Below are positions 37,883-50,789 of a stretch of DNA of 64,000 bases, one piece after another. A program made the position numbers and the translations under genes. The notes under the pieces are model-generated. The model was not told where the DNA came from. It searched no databases and saw nothing but the letters and a program-made list of their open reading frames with translations. Position 1 is the stretch's first letter; each line of letters starts with the position of its first letter. Origin of the DNA: Mobula hypostoma (Eukaryota); assembly GCF_963921235.1 (NCBI RefSeq), contig NC_086097.1:222086001-222150000 (forward strand), written 5' to 3'.

Positions 37883-38019
37883 CATCACCCTGCTTGTACA
37901 CCTCCACACAGTGGGCTGTCACTTGTCAATTATTAGTCTCCTTTCTTTAGCATTATCAGGCAAAAGAGCTTTTGAATGGTCCATGAACCCATAAACACTA
38001 CCTCATTACTCGGCTTCAT

Positions 38020-39550
38020 AACACCCCAGGGTTCTGAAAGAGGTGGCCGAAGAGATTGTGGAGGCATTAGTAATGATTTTTCAAGGATAACTAGATTCTG
38101 GAATGGTTCATGAAGACTGGAAAATGCAAATGTCATTCCTCTCTTCAAGAAGGGAGAGAGGCAGAAGAAAAGAAACTATACGCCAATTACTCTGACCTCA
38201 ATGATCAGGAAGATGTTGATGTCGATTATTAAGGATGATGTCTCAGGGTACTTGGAGGCATATGATAAAATAGGCTGAAGTCAGCATAGTTTTCTCAAAG
38301 GAAAATTTTGCCTGACAAATCTGTTGAAATTCTTGGAAGAAATAACAAACAAGATAGATAAAGCAGAATCAGTTGATGTTGTGTACTTTGATTTCCAGAA
38401 GGCCTTTGACAAGGTCAGACATGAGGCTGCTTAACAAGTTAAGAGCCAAGAAAGGTACCAGAATGGATAAAGCAGTGGCTGATTGGAAGGAGGCAAAGAG
38501 TGGGAATAAAGGGAGTCTTTTTTGGCTGGCTGCCACTGACTAGTGCTATTCCACAGGGGTCTGTGCTGGGATCAATTCTATTTATGTTATATGTCAATGA
38601 CTTGGATAACTGATGATTTTGTCGTAAATTTTGTGGATGAAACAAAGATAAGTGGCGGGCAGGTAGTTGTGAGGGTGTAGAGTGGCTACAGAAGTACATA
38701 GACAGATTAGGAGAACGGGCAAAGAAGAGGCAGATGGAATACAATGTAAGGAAGTGTATGGTCATGAACTTTGGTAGAAGAATTAAAAATGTAGATTATT
38801 TTCAACATGGAGAAAAAGAATTCAGAAATCTGAGGTGCAAAGTGATTTGGGAGTCCCTGTGCAGTATTCTCTAATGGTTAATTTGCAGGTTGAGTCAGTG
38901 GTGAGGATGTCAAATGCGATGTTCGCACTCATTTCAAGAGGACTGGAATATAAAAACAAGGATGTAATGTTGAGGCATTATAAAGTATTGGTAAGACCTC
39001 ACTTGTGTTGTGAACAGCTTTGGACCTATTATCTTAGAAAGAATGTGCTGACATTCTTTCTAAGGTTCAAAGGAGGGTTCAAAGGAGATTCACAAAAATG
39101 ATTCCAGGAATGAACGGTGTGTCATATGAAGAGCATTTGATGGCTCTGGGCCTGTATTGACTAGAATTCAGAAGAATGAGGAATGACCTTATTGAAAGTC
39201 CTAATTGAGTGGATGTGGAGAGGGTATTTTATATGGTAAGAGAGTCTAGGACCAAAGGACACAATCTCAGAATAGAGGGGAGTCCTTTTAGAGTGGAGAT
39301 GAATAAGTATTTCTTTAGCTAGAATCTGTAGAATTTGTTGCCATAGGTGGCTGTGGAACCCATGTTTTTAAAATATTTAAGGCAGAGGTTGAAAGATTTT
39401 TGATTGATCAGGACATGAACGGATACAGGAGATGGCAGGAGACTGGGACTGAGAGGAAAAATGGATCAGCCATGATGGAGTGGTAGAGCAGACTCAATTG
39501 GCCAAATCCCCTAATTCTGCTCCTATATCTTATGGTCTTATCATTTATGG
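38020..39550 (+). mobile_element. CR1 LINE, RT to 3' tail (decayed)
   Basis: '[13 protein letters not shown]', '[11 protein letters not shown]', 'PQGSVLG', tail TCTTATGG. Confidence 0.88.
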
Positions 39551-41330
39551 CCTAAATGATCCTGAGATGACTACCTACCTGCTGAAGTGGAGCAACACGT
39601 TCGAGGTAAAAAAAATCACAGCATGTGCTTCTTTGGGAAGGGACAGAGTCACTCTAGTAATAAAAGAAAAGAAAAAATTCAATTTCATGGATTCATAACA
39701 ATGCATATTGGGTGATAATAATAGAACAAAAAATTTAAAAAGAAGATACGTCTAGCTACATCGGAAAGATAGATGCATTCACTTGCCCAATAGATAACTG
39801 GCTGATGTTTATTGAGCGAATTGAGTAATATTTTAATACAAATGAAATAGTCAATGAAAAGGGAGTGCCAGTTATACTGAGTGTAATTGGTGGAAGTGTA
39901 TACAGTTTGTTTAGAAGTCTGACTGCACTAGCCAAACCTGCACAAGTTAGCTTTGCTGATATTGTGAAAGTAATGTTAGAACATTTAGAACAGAAACCAT
40001 TGTTGATTGCAGAACACTTTAGGTTTCATAAGGAAGGGAAGTCCATTTCAGCATAGGTGGCTAAGTTGAAGAATGGAATTGAAGCAAAAATCTGAGTATT
40101 GTCAGTTCAGTTATGAGTTTAATGATGCACTGAGAGATCATTCTGTTTGTGGAATCTTACAAGAACACATTCGAAAATGGCCCCTAACTAAAGCATTAAT
40201 CACATTTAAATGAGTGGTTGAAATCACTGTAGCAATGGAAACAGCATCTAAAGAGTTATAGTCAGGAATGAAAGTGAGCGTGCACAAAATTGCAACATCT
40301 GAACAGAAACCTGCTTGGCCAAACAAATTGTGTTACCATTGTGGCAGGGGCTCACATACACCAGTCTAATGTAGGTTTAAAGATGAAACTTGCAGAAAAT
40401 GCAACAAAGTAGGACAGATACAAAGAGCACGTCAGGCAGACAAAAAATAAACGGACTGCACAGGAAGAGATAAAGATAAAAATCAAGTTGCAGTTTCAAA
40501 TAGAGCTCTAATCTGCATGTTGTGAAGAAAAACCTGATAATATTGAGAGCGACACAGGACTGAGCAGCCTTGAAATTTACATAGAGAAACCTAGCAATAG
40601 AAAAAGCAATATGATCTACACTAAATGAATTAATTAAGGTGGAATTGGACACTGGCTCAGTTGTTTCCACAAAATGAGTTTGAATGGCATTTCAAAGATA
40701 CTGAACAGAAGCCTGCAGATGTCCACCTAAGAACTAGAGAAAAGATCTTTCCTGTAGGAATGACATTCATAGCAGTGAAATACAACAACGAACAAGCCTC
40801 TTTGGGCTTGTATGTTGTTAAAAAACAGGACGGCCGGGATTACGGGGTCATGATTGGCTCAAACAACTATAACTTGGTTTGAGATCCATCCACAATTCAT
40901 ACGCAACATCCCCTGCAACAGAATCAACTGAAAGCAAATTAAGAAAGTTACTCTATCATGCAACAGCAGTGTTTGGATATGACATTGGCAAACTCAAACA
41001 TATCAAGGGTAATATAGTGTTCAATAAAAATGCCACGTCCAAGTTTTACAGGGCCCATCTGGTTCCTTATACTGTCCATAATAACACAGTCAGTGAGCTA
41101 CATTGCATGGAAGCTGAAGAGATTCCTGGCTAAGTAGAGCCTATGGGCAATACAGCTGGTCCCAGTAGCCAAGAAGGATGAGTCTGTCTGGATCCATGGT
41201 GATTTTAAGTTCACCATCAACCCAGTACTGGAAGTAGATCATCCCAACATAAAGGATATCTTTTCAAACCATTCTTGAGGAAAACACTTCAGCAATGAGG
41301 GCTTAGCTGAGGCCTACCTACAGACAGAGT

Positions 41331-43707
41331 CAATAGACAATAGACAATAGGTGCAGAAGTAGACCATTCGGCCCTTCGAGCCTGCACCGCCATTCTGAGA
41401 TCATGGCTGATCATCTACTATCAATACCCGGTTCCTGCCTTGTCCCCATAACCCTTGATCCCCTATCCATAAGATACCTATCTAGCTCCTTCTTGAAAGC
41501 ATCCAGAGAATTGGCCTCCACTGCTTTCTGAGGCAGCGCGTACCACACATCCACAACTCTCTGGGAGAAGAAGTTCCTCCTCAACTCTGTCCTAAATGAC
41601 CTACCCCTTATTCTTAAACCATGTCCTCTGGTACTGGATTCTCCCAGCATCTGGAATATATATCCTGCCTCTATCTTGTCCAATCCCTTAATAATCTTAT
41701 ATGTCTCAATCAGATCCCCCCCTCAATCTCCTTAATTCCAGCGTGTACAAGCCCAGTCTCTCTAACCTCTCTGCGTTAGACAGTCCGGACATCCCAGGAA
41801 TTAACCTAGTGAACCTACGCTGCACCTCCTCCACAGCCAGGATGTCCTTCCTTAACCCTGGAAACCAAAACTGCACACAATACTCCAGGTGTGGTCTCAC
41901 CAGGGCCCTGTACAAATGCAAAAGGATTTCCTTGCTCTTGTACTCAATTCCCTTTGTAATAAAGGCCAACATTTCAGTAGGCTTCTTCACTGCCTGCTGC
42001 ACTTGCTCATTCACCTTCAGAGACTGATGAACAAGTACTCCTAGATCTCTTTGTATTTCACCCTTACCTAACTCCACACTGTTCAGATAATAATCTGCCT
42101 TCCTGTTCTTGCTCCCAAAATGAATAACCTCACACTTATTCACATTAAACGCCATCTGCCAAGTTTCTGCCACTCACCCAGCCTATCCAAGTCACCTTGA
42201 ATTCTCCTAACATCCTCATCACACCATCACATGTCACACTGCCACCCAGCTTAGTATCATCAGCAAACTTGCTGATGTTATTCACAATGCCTTCCTCTAA
42301 ATCATTGATGTAAATCGTAAACAGCTGCGGTCCCAATACCGAGCCCTGTGGCACCCCACTAGTCACCACCTGCCATTCCGAGAAACACCCATTCACTGCC
42401 ACCCTTTGCTTTCTATCTGCCAACCAGTTTTCTATCCATGTCAATATCCTCCCCCCAATGCCATGAGCTCTGATTTTACCCACCGATCTCCTATGTGGTA
42501 CCTTATCAAATGCCTTCTGAAAGTCAAGGTACACCATATCCACTGGATCTCCCGCGTCTATCCTCCTGGTTACATCCTCGAAAAACTCCAGTAGATTAGT
42601 CAAGCATGATTTGCCCTTGGTAAATCCATGCTGGATCGGCCCAATCCTATCACTGCTATCAAGATATGCCGCTATTTCATCTTTAATAATGGACTCTAGC
42701 ATCTTCCCCACTACTGATGTTAGGCTAACAGGGCAATAGTTCTCTGTTTTCTCCCTCCCTCCTTTCTTAAAAAGTGGGATAACATTAGCCATTCACCAAT
42801 CCTCAGGAACTGATCCTGAATCTAAGGAACATTGGAAAATGATCACCAATGCATCCGCAATTTCCAGAGCCACCTCCTTTAGTACGCTAGGATGCAGACC
42901 ATCTGGACCTGGGGATTTGTTAGCCTTCAGTCCCATCAGTCTGCTCATCACCGTTTCCTTCCTAATGTCAATCTGTTTCAGTTCCTCTGTTACCCTATGT
43001 CCTTGGCCCATCCATACATCTGGGAGATTGCTTGTGTCTTCCCTAGTGAAGGCAGATCCAAAGTACTTAATAAATTTGTCTGCCATTTCTCTGTTTCCCA
43101 TAACAATTTCTCCCAATTCATTCTTCAAGGGCCCAACATTGTTCTTAACTATCTTCCTTCTCTTCACATACCTAAAAAAACTTTTGCTATCCTCCTTTAT
43201 ATTCCTAGCTAGCTTGCGTTCATACCTCATTTTTTCTCCCCGTATTGCCTTTTCAGTTAAGTTCTGTCGCTCCTTAAAAATTTCCCAATCATCCATCTTC
43301 CCACTCACCTTAGCTCTGTTATACTTCTTTTTTAATGCTATGCTATCTCTGACTTCCTTTGTCAACCACTGTGGCCACTTTCCCCCCTTTGAATCCTTCC
43401 TTCTCCGGGGGATGAACTGATTTTGCACCTTGTGCATTATTCCCAAAAATACCTGCCATTGCTGTTCCACTGTCTTTTCTGCTAGGATATCCGACCAGTC
43501 AACTTTGGCCAGCTCTTCCCTCATGGCTCCATCGTCTCCTTTGTTCAACTGCAATACTGACACTTCTGATCTGCCCTTATCCCTCTCAACTTGCAGATAA
43601 AAACTTATCATATTATGGTCACTACCTCCTAAGGGCTCCTTTACCTCAAGATCACTTATCAAATCCTGTTCATTGCACAACAACTTATCAAATCCTGTTC
43701 ATTGCAC
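41331..43707 (-). mobile_element. Young CR1 LINE, 5'-truncated ORF2, nested in Gypsy RT
   Basis: Long ORFs 42793-43683, 42145-42792 ('[13 protein letters not shown]', '[10 protein letters not shown]', 'KFADDTKLG'), 41706-42173; (TCTATTG)n tail. Confidence 0.95.
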
Positions 43708-44261
43708 GAGATGGGAGTCCAGACCGTTTCTCAACATAAACACTCACAAAAGGCTTTATCACTATAATAAGCTTATTCTGGGAGTAGCATCTGCACCTGC
43801 ACTCTGACAGAAAGCTATGGACAAGGTGCTGCAAGGATGCCCAGGAACTCAGTGTTACCTAGATGACCTCATTGTTACCAGTAAGGATGATAAGTATTTC
43901 TCCAAAATCTCAAAACAGTATTAAAAAGATTAGTAGGTTTGGGCTCAATGCACAACACAAGTGTGAATTCTTTAAACCAAGCATCACTTTCTGTGGTCAC
44001 ACCATCGACGCACAAGGATTGCACAGGTGTGTTGTGAAAATTCAAGCAGTATTGGAAGCCCCAAGGCCAGAGGATGTGTCACAGTTGTGGTCCTTTTTAG
44101 GATTTATCAATTACTATAACAGGTTCCTGCCAAACCTGACTACTGTCGTCACCCTTTGAGCTCATATTGCAGATCAGGGTGAAATTGCAGGCAAGGCAGT
44201 GTGAGGTGGTTTTCAAAAAGGTGAAGGAAATGGTGACGTCAGACACTGTACTCACACATTA

Positions 44262-44727
44262 TATATAACCATATAACAATTACAGCACGGAAACAGGCCA
44301 TCTTGGCCCTTCTAGTCCATGCCAAACTCTTACTCTCACCTAGTCCCACCGACCTGCACTCAGCTCATAACCCTCCATTCCTTTTCTGTCCATATAGTTG
44401 TCCAATTTAACTTTAAACGACAACATCGAACCTGCCTCAACCACTTCTGCTGGAAGCACATTCCACACAGCCACCACTCTCTGAGTAAAGAAGTTCCCCC
44501 TCATGTTATCCCTAAACTTTTGCCCTTTAACTCTCAACTCATGTCCTCTTGTTTGAATCTTCCCCACTCTCAATGGAAAAAGCCTATCCACGTCAACTCT
44601 ATCTATCCCCCTCATAATTTTAAATACCTCTATCAAGTCCCCCCTCAACTTTCTACGTTCCAAAGAATAAAGACCCAACTTGTTCAACCTTTCTCTGTAA
44701 CTTAGGTGATGAAGCCCAGGTAACATT
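44262..44727 (-). mobile_element. CR1 3' end nested in Gypsy pol
   Basis: ORF 44340-44741; (TTATATGG)n tail; host frame 'VLTH|FDP' resumes after it. Confidence 0.9.
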
Positions 44728-45735
44728 TTGATCCACATCATCCAGTGAAGCTTGCCTGTGATGCCCTGCCTTATGGTATAGTCATGTCACATGTTATGAG
44801 TAACGGAAGTGAATGCCATCATTACATTACCTTATGCAAAGGTGGGCAAACAGACTTTGAGTCTGGTTTGGGGTGTAAAACGTTTAACCAGTACTTATAT
44901 GGGAGAATGTTTACTCCCATTTTTGATCATCAACCACTCGTGTCCATTTACAACCTACAAAAAGATGTTCCACTAACAGCAGCAACATGAAATCACAGAT
45001 GGGCTCTGTTTGTTGGAGGACATAACTACAAGATTGAATTCAACAGGGTGACTAATTGTGGAAATGATGATGCATTGTCCTGTTTACACTGGCAAAAGTA
45101 AATACCTGAAAAATTTACAAAAGACAATGCTCCTCTTGATAGATTTTCCCTAATGCAAATGGAAAGTCTCCCTATTATGGTAGATATTATCCAAAGGGAA
45201 ACCAAAAAAGACACCACACTGTCTCAGGTCTACATTACCCCACAAAATGGCTGGAATGTGCAGCAGAATTTCCAGTTCGCCCATTTTTACTAGAGCCCGG
45301 GTGAACTTGCCCTAATTGGAGATTGCATTATGTGGGGATAGAGAGTTGTTGTACCATCCAAGCTGAGAGCTAAAGTGTTGGAGGAGCTAAATGGAAGTCA
45401 TCCAGATGTTTCAAAATGAAAGCATTGGCTCAAAGCTTTGTCTGCTGGCCAGGGATAGATCAGCAGATCAAGCAGCCTGCCATGCACTGTTCAGATTGCT
45501 AACACATTCAGAAGGAAGATGTCCAGGGCTGTCCGAGCTCCTTCCTGCAGTCCCACTGTCAACTCATACAACAATCACTGAAGAGGCCCCAGAATCTGAG
45601 AAGTCTCAGCTGCCTAGCAGAGTGATCTCCCTGGACAGAAAAGAAGTTATCCCAAAAGCATAAGAAATCCACTCCTGCAATTAAATCTTTAGGCCTGAAT
45701 GGGACAATTTAAAATTTACCATGCTGTGGATGTCT

Positions 45736-46312
45736 ATGATGATGAGACCTCCATCGGTCAGAGTTGACTATAGATATTGCATCCTAGCTGCCTAGTTACA
45801 CCAGCCAGAGCCTACAATATGGAGAGCAAGCTGTTGCCCATGTAGCAAGCTCCCCCTCCCCATGCTTCTGATGAACCCAAAGGAACGGCAGAGACTGGTA
45901 CAGTTTGGCACCAGCAGCATCGCAGGAGTTGCCTGTCTGCGTTGAACTCAATGTAGGACTGCCTTAAGGACTCCAGCTATGGATTTTTCCTTTTGGGTTT
46001 ACTCTCGAAGCCTTGAATGAGCAAGGCAGAGGAGGTTTAAGATCAGGGTTTTCCTTCTCCTAGATGAGCTGCCAACTACAACTGCCGAGTCCCATCTGTC
46101 TGAAACGACTGGTATTAAGGTCCCAGTATCCCGCCATGGCCTCTTCCCTTGTCAGTAGAAACAGTTCCGCCGGGCTTAGTAGCTAAGCCACATGTAAAGG
46201 CCAGGAGCTGGACTTGGATGTCAGAAGCTATTTGAGGTGCACAATATTGGGAGCATTTAATAGGTAGTGGGAGCTTAACCCCACTTCCCCACCCAGCTAT
46301 AACTATCTTAAG
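45736..46312 (-). mobile_element. Non-autonomous RTE-derived element (RTE 5' UTR plus (TCA)n tail) nested in the Gypsy 3' UTR
   Basis: Minus strand has the RTE 5'-UTR motif GGCAGCTCATCTAGGAGAAGGAAAACCCTG and ends GGTCTCATCATCAT; no ORF; Gypsy sequence is continuous across it. Confidence 0.7.
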
Positions 46313-46408
46313 TATATCTATATAGTAATTGTATAATATAAGGTAGTATATTGTGTATAGTTGAAATGCATTCTATATTAAACTGCAGTTTATAGCTAAA
46401 CTGAGGAG

Positions 46409-46818
46409 TGTTGTGTATTTAATATATCAGTATTATTTGAGTAATGTTGTAAGTGATCTTGACTGATTGATTATTCTAGGTTTGTTTAAAATATTCAGTA
46501 CAGGTTATATGTAAAAGTTTGTGACTGGCAAGTGTCATTATGACACCATGTCACAAGTGTGCAGCTCACTAGAAATAAAACAAAAGTAAGACACATACTT
46601 CAAAGTTGCTGGTGAATGCAGCAGGCCAGGCAGCATCTCTAGGAAGAGGTACAGTCGACGTTTCAGGCCGAGACCCTTCGTTGCGTTCACCAGCAACCTT
46701 GATGTGTGTTGCTTGAATTTCCAGCATCTGCAGAATTCCTGTTGTTTAAGACACCTATCTCCTGGCTCCATGTTTTTCTTTCAATTAGTATTATGTTTTG
46801 GAGTTATAAGACATAACA
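46409..46818 (+). repeat. 3' LTR of Gypsy element (contains a Penelope insertion)
   Basis: TGTTGTGTATTT...CATAACA; reverse complement of LTRs 6096-6347 and 9725-9969. Confidence 0.9.
46595..46746. mobile_element. Penelope inverted pseudo-LTR mini-element
   Basis: 8-bp TSD TAAGACAC (46587-46594, 46747-46754); inverted arms; partial hammerhead GAAGGGTCTCGGCCTGAAACGTCGACTG on the minus strand. Confidence 0.85.
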
Positions 46819-47759
46819 AATCACCATTCATAATATCCAAGTTAACATTAATCCCCTAAAAGCCCAATGTGTGAAAATGGTTTAGACCTGAGACAGTTAA
46901 ACCACTAATTTTAATCCTGTATCTCCAGGTCCAGAATATGAATGTCTATCTAAATTGACAGTAATCCTGCTACCAACTACAATATCAGATAGACTCAGTG
47001 ACCAAAGATTACCACTGCATCTCAAAGTGGAATGATGTTAGGAATGGAAGATTGAGGAGGATCGATATTAGGTTTCTACTTGATGAATATCAGCAACACT
47101 AACAGCACTCAGAGGATTGAGTGCTTCAGCATATTGCATTCTTCAGTCTTTTAACAACTCTCCTCATGCCATAAGATGTCAGACTTCAATTGTCATTTGG
47201 CTACTGCAGTTAGCCACAACCATCCTCCAGCCAGGGTGGTATTCATCTTCAGTGTCATCTTAATTGACCACAGTTCTTCCGGCATAGACACAGCTGGACA
47301 GACATCAAAGCCAGCTTGCCAAAGGCTGGAGATGGGAACTTTAGGGAATGGATCCCAATCCTCACTATAACATTGGGAAGGGGAGCTGGTCAGCTACAGG
47401 GGAAGAACCAGAAAGTAAACAAACAAAAAATGTAAAATTATTAATTAAAATGCTAAAAAATCAGATTTATTCACAAACATATCCTGATGTTCTGTGGTAA
47501 AAGGTGTATCCCCTCTGATTTTTATTCTGTTTCACCGGCTGTATGGTTCACAATTCTGTTGCCTTTCATGAATGCATTTCCATTGCAAATTATTCCATGT
47601 CATGTTGTGAAACACATTTCGAGCATGGTAAGTGCCGTTCTACTACAGGAGAATGAATCAGGCTCAGCAGGATTGGTGTCAGCAACATATGTTTGAAGGT
47701 CACAGCAACTTGTTAAAGTTGTGAAAATGATTTCAAGCTCAAGTTCCACACTCAAGTAA

Positions 47760-49420
47760 TAAGACCATAAGACATCGGAGCAGAATTAGGCTATTTGGCC
47801 CGTTGAGTCTGTTCCAAAATTTGATCATGTCTGATCCATTTTCCTCTCAAACCCATTCTCCTACCTTCTGCCTGTAACCTTTCACACCCTAACATATCAA
47901 GAAAATATCAACCTAATCTTTAAATACACTTAATAACCTGGCCTCCACAGCCAACTGTGGCAACGAATTCCACAGAATCTCCACCACCTGGCTGAAGAAA
48001 TTCCTCCTCATCTCTGTTCTAAGTGAATGTCGCTTAGTTCTGAAGTTGTGCCAGGAATGCCAGTCTTTCCGTGATATCTTCTTATTACACGTGCAAGATG
48101 GGAACCTATGAAGGCACTCCCCCACTATAGGAAACACCCTATTCACATCAACTATATCCAGGCCTTTCAATGTTCGATAGGTCTCAATGAGATTCCCCCT
48201 CATTCTTCTAAATTCCAGCGAGTATAGGCCCAGAGGCATCGAATACTCCTCATATGATAAGTCCTTCAACCTCCTTTGAACCCTCTCCAATATCAGCACA
48301 TCCTTTCTTAGATAAGGGGCCCAAAATGGCTCACCTTACTCTAAGAGAGGCTTCACTAGTGCTTTATAAAGTCTCAACATTACATCCTTGCTTTTATGTC
48401 CATACTACTTCCTCTGCCTACCTGTCTGCCCTTTCAAAACAACGTGTATCCTTGGATGTTAAGCTCCCAAGTAGAATCTTCTTTCAGCCACAACTCAGTG
48501 ATGCCCTCAAAGTCATAACTGCCAATCTCTAACTGCACTACAAGATCATCTACCTTATTCCATATACTGTGAGCATTCAAATATAACACCTTCAGGCCTG
48601 TATTTGTCCCCCTTTTTGATTTTGCCCCTGTGTTACACTGTAACTCACTAACTGCAATTTTACCCTATCATCTCCCTGTCCTCCTGGCTCTGCTGGTACA
48701 CCAACTACCCCATCCTCAGCCCTGTCACTCCAGTTCCCATCGCCCTGCCATATTAGTTTAAACCCTCCCCAACAGTTCCAGCAAACCTGCCCACAAGGAT
48801 ATTGGTCCCCTTCCAGGTTCCGGTATAACCCATCACTTCTGTGCACGTCATACCTTCCCCAGAACAGATCCCAATGATCCAGAAATATGAACCCTTGCCC
48901 TGCACCAGTTCCTCAGCTATGTAATCATCTGCCAAATCTTCCTGATCTTACCCTCACTGGAACATAGCACTGCCAGCAATCCAGAGATTACTCTCCTGCA
49001 GGTCTTGTTTTTCAGCTTTCTTATTTAGCTCCCTAAATTCTCTCTTCAGGACCTCTTCCTTTTTCACATCTATGTTATTGGTGCCAATATGTCCCAAGTC
49101 TTCTGGCTGCTCATCCTCTCCCTTTAGAATGCTGTGGTCCCAATCCGAGATGTCCCTGAACCTGGCACCTGGGATGCAACATGCCATCTAGGCGTCTCTG
49201 TTGTGTCCACAGATCTCATACCTACTCCTCTTACAATGGAATTTCCTATCACTACAGCAGTCCTCTTCTCCACCCCTCCCTTCTGAGCCACAGTGCCTGA
49301 ACTTGGTGCCAGAGATCCGATCGCTGAGGCTTCCCTCTAGTAGCACCCCCCCGCCAAACATAATGCAAAGATGTATACTTATTATTGAGGGGAACTCTGT
49401 ACCCACTGCCATTTAAGGAG
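47760..49420 (-). mobile_element. CR1 LINE, internally deleted: ORF1 (SGNH esterase-like), ORF2 start and 3' end
   Basis: ORF 48954-49187 'CCIPGARFRDISD...EQPE...HIGTNNI'; ORF2 start 'LKVLYLNAHSIWNK' near 48590; tail at 47760. Confidence 0.85.
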
Positions 49421-49451
49421 AGAAGATAAAAGGAGTTATGGTTGATTCTGA

Positions 49452-50330
49452 TTTGATGACGCTGGTGAAGGACAGTGGCAACTTGCTGGCAACAAACAAA
49501 ACTACTGATTATTTTATGAATCACTCTTTTTCTCGAAATGATCACTCGAAATGAAACAATAGCCTTTAACTTCTCCTTTGGAGCTGAATATCTGAACCAC
49601 CAGCATGACCTGTCATTTTTGCAGTGTGAATTAATGTCTTGGAAGCCCAGGACAGCTGTGACAAGGTGTGTACAGGTCAAATCGAGGTGGTGGGGCCCAA
49701 ACCTGAGAGCAGGGAACGAGCCAATGTTTGGACATTGCTGGAGCAACCTTAGAGCCAATTTGAAGTGGTAGATCGAAGTGAGGCAGGGATGAGGTGGCAG
49801 GGCCCAGGCCTGAACCTGGAGAACAAGCTGATATCTGATTGATTTAGACATCAGGCCTGATTGGAAAGGTTAGGTATGGGCCAAATTGACATGGCGGGTC
49901 CCAGCTGACAGCTTATCAAAGTGGCACGACCCAGGTTGAAAAATGAGGAACGACATGCTTTTTAGCCGATTTTAAGCACCAAACCAGATCAAAAAGTCAG
50001 GATTTTGGGGCCAGAGGTTTAAATGTCTTTGAACTGAACTGAGCCTGTGGCCTGTAACTAACGAGTTCCTGGGTTAGCTGTGACTGGCTTCACAGCTGTG
50101 GACTCAATTTTGAGAACTTCAGTTCTGAATGTTATTTGCTTACTTTTATTGTTTTTTATTTAAAAAAATCTGTCATACAACCAATCTCGCAAATCTCGAA
50201 AAAAACAAATCTCGTAAATAGCTTCTACCAGGTTTCTTTGTTTTGCATCTGCCTGTAAGGAGATGAAACTCAAGGTTGTATACAGTATGCATACATTGAT
50301 ACTACATGTACTTTGAACTTTGAACTTTGA
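49452..50330 (+). mobile_element. Non-coding non-autonomous retroelement with (TTTGAAC)n tail
   Basis: Ends GCCTGTAAGGAGATGAAACTCAAGGTTGTATAC...TACTTTGAACTTTGAACTTTGA; 5' limit uncertain. Confidence 0.6.
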
Positions 50331-50789
50331 AAAGCCAAACATGATGAAAATTAACACAAATTATTTCAAATGAAAAGAATTATGAATGTATGGCATTGAA
50401 ATGGTTCTAGCTAAAATTGTTTGGGACCTTAAAATATTGTGTTTATTGGTTCAATGAAGATTAGAATTCATTATACAATGTTATATTTTATATCATAGTC
50501 CCTAAAGAATAATACATAAATCAAAGGATGTTATAATAAAAACAGATCTCGTCAAATCATCTTAAGAACATCCTGTTGACTACATTGTAAAACAAAAATG
50601 CCAAGTACTGCATATAGGGCACAGAAGAGCTTAGAATTTGATCTTTGATGTCAGGATTGAAGAAAGTTTGAAAAATATTCACCTAATCATTTATACATCT
50701 AAATTCCAAGTAATGCAGCCTTATTTTCTGTAATATTTCATTGTGTTTTCAACCTTTTAAGAAAATCCTCCATAAAAGTAAAGAACTTT

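Larger units (their letters stand above)
39555..46818 (+). mobile_element. Gypsy LTR retrotransposon (same family as 6096-9969), lacking the 5' LTR and integrase core, with four nested insertions
   Basis: gag CCHC knuckles (about 40330-40430), protease 'ELDTGS', RT 'GDFK.TINPVL' and 'CYLDDL' (about 43855), RNaseH 'KLACDA.PYG', IN zinc finger start, PPT GAGGAG, 3' LTR 46409-46818. Confidence 0.9.
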
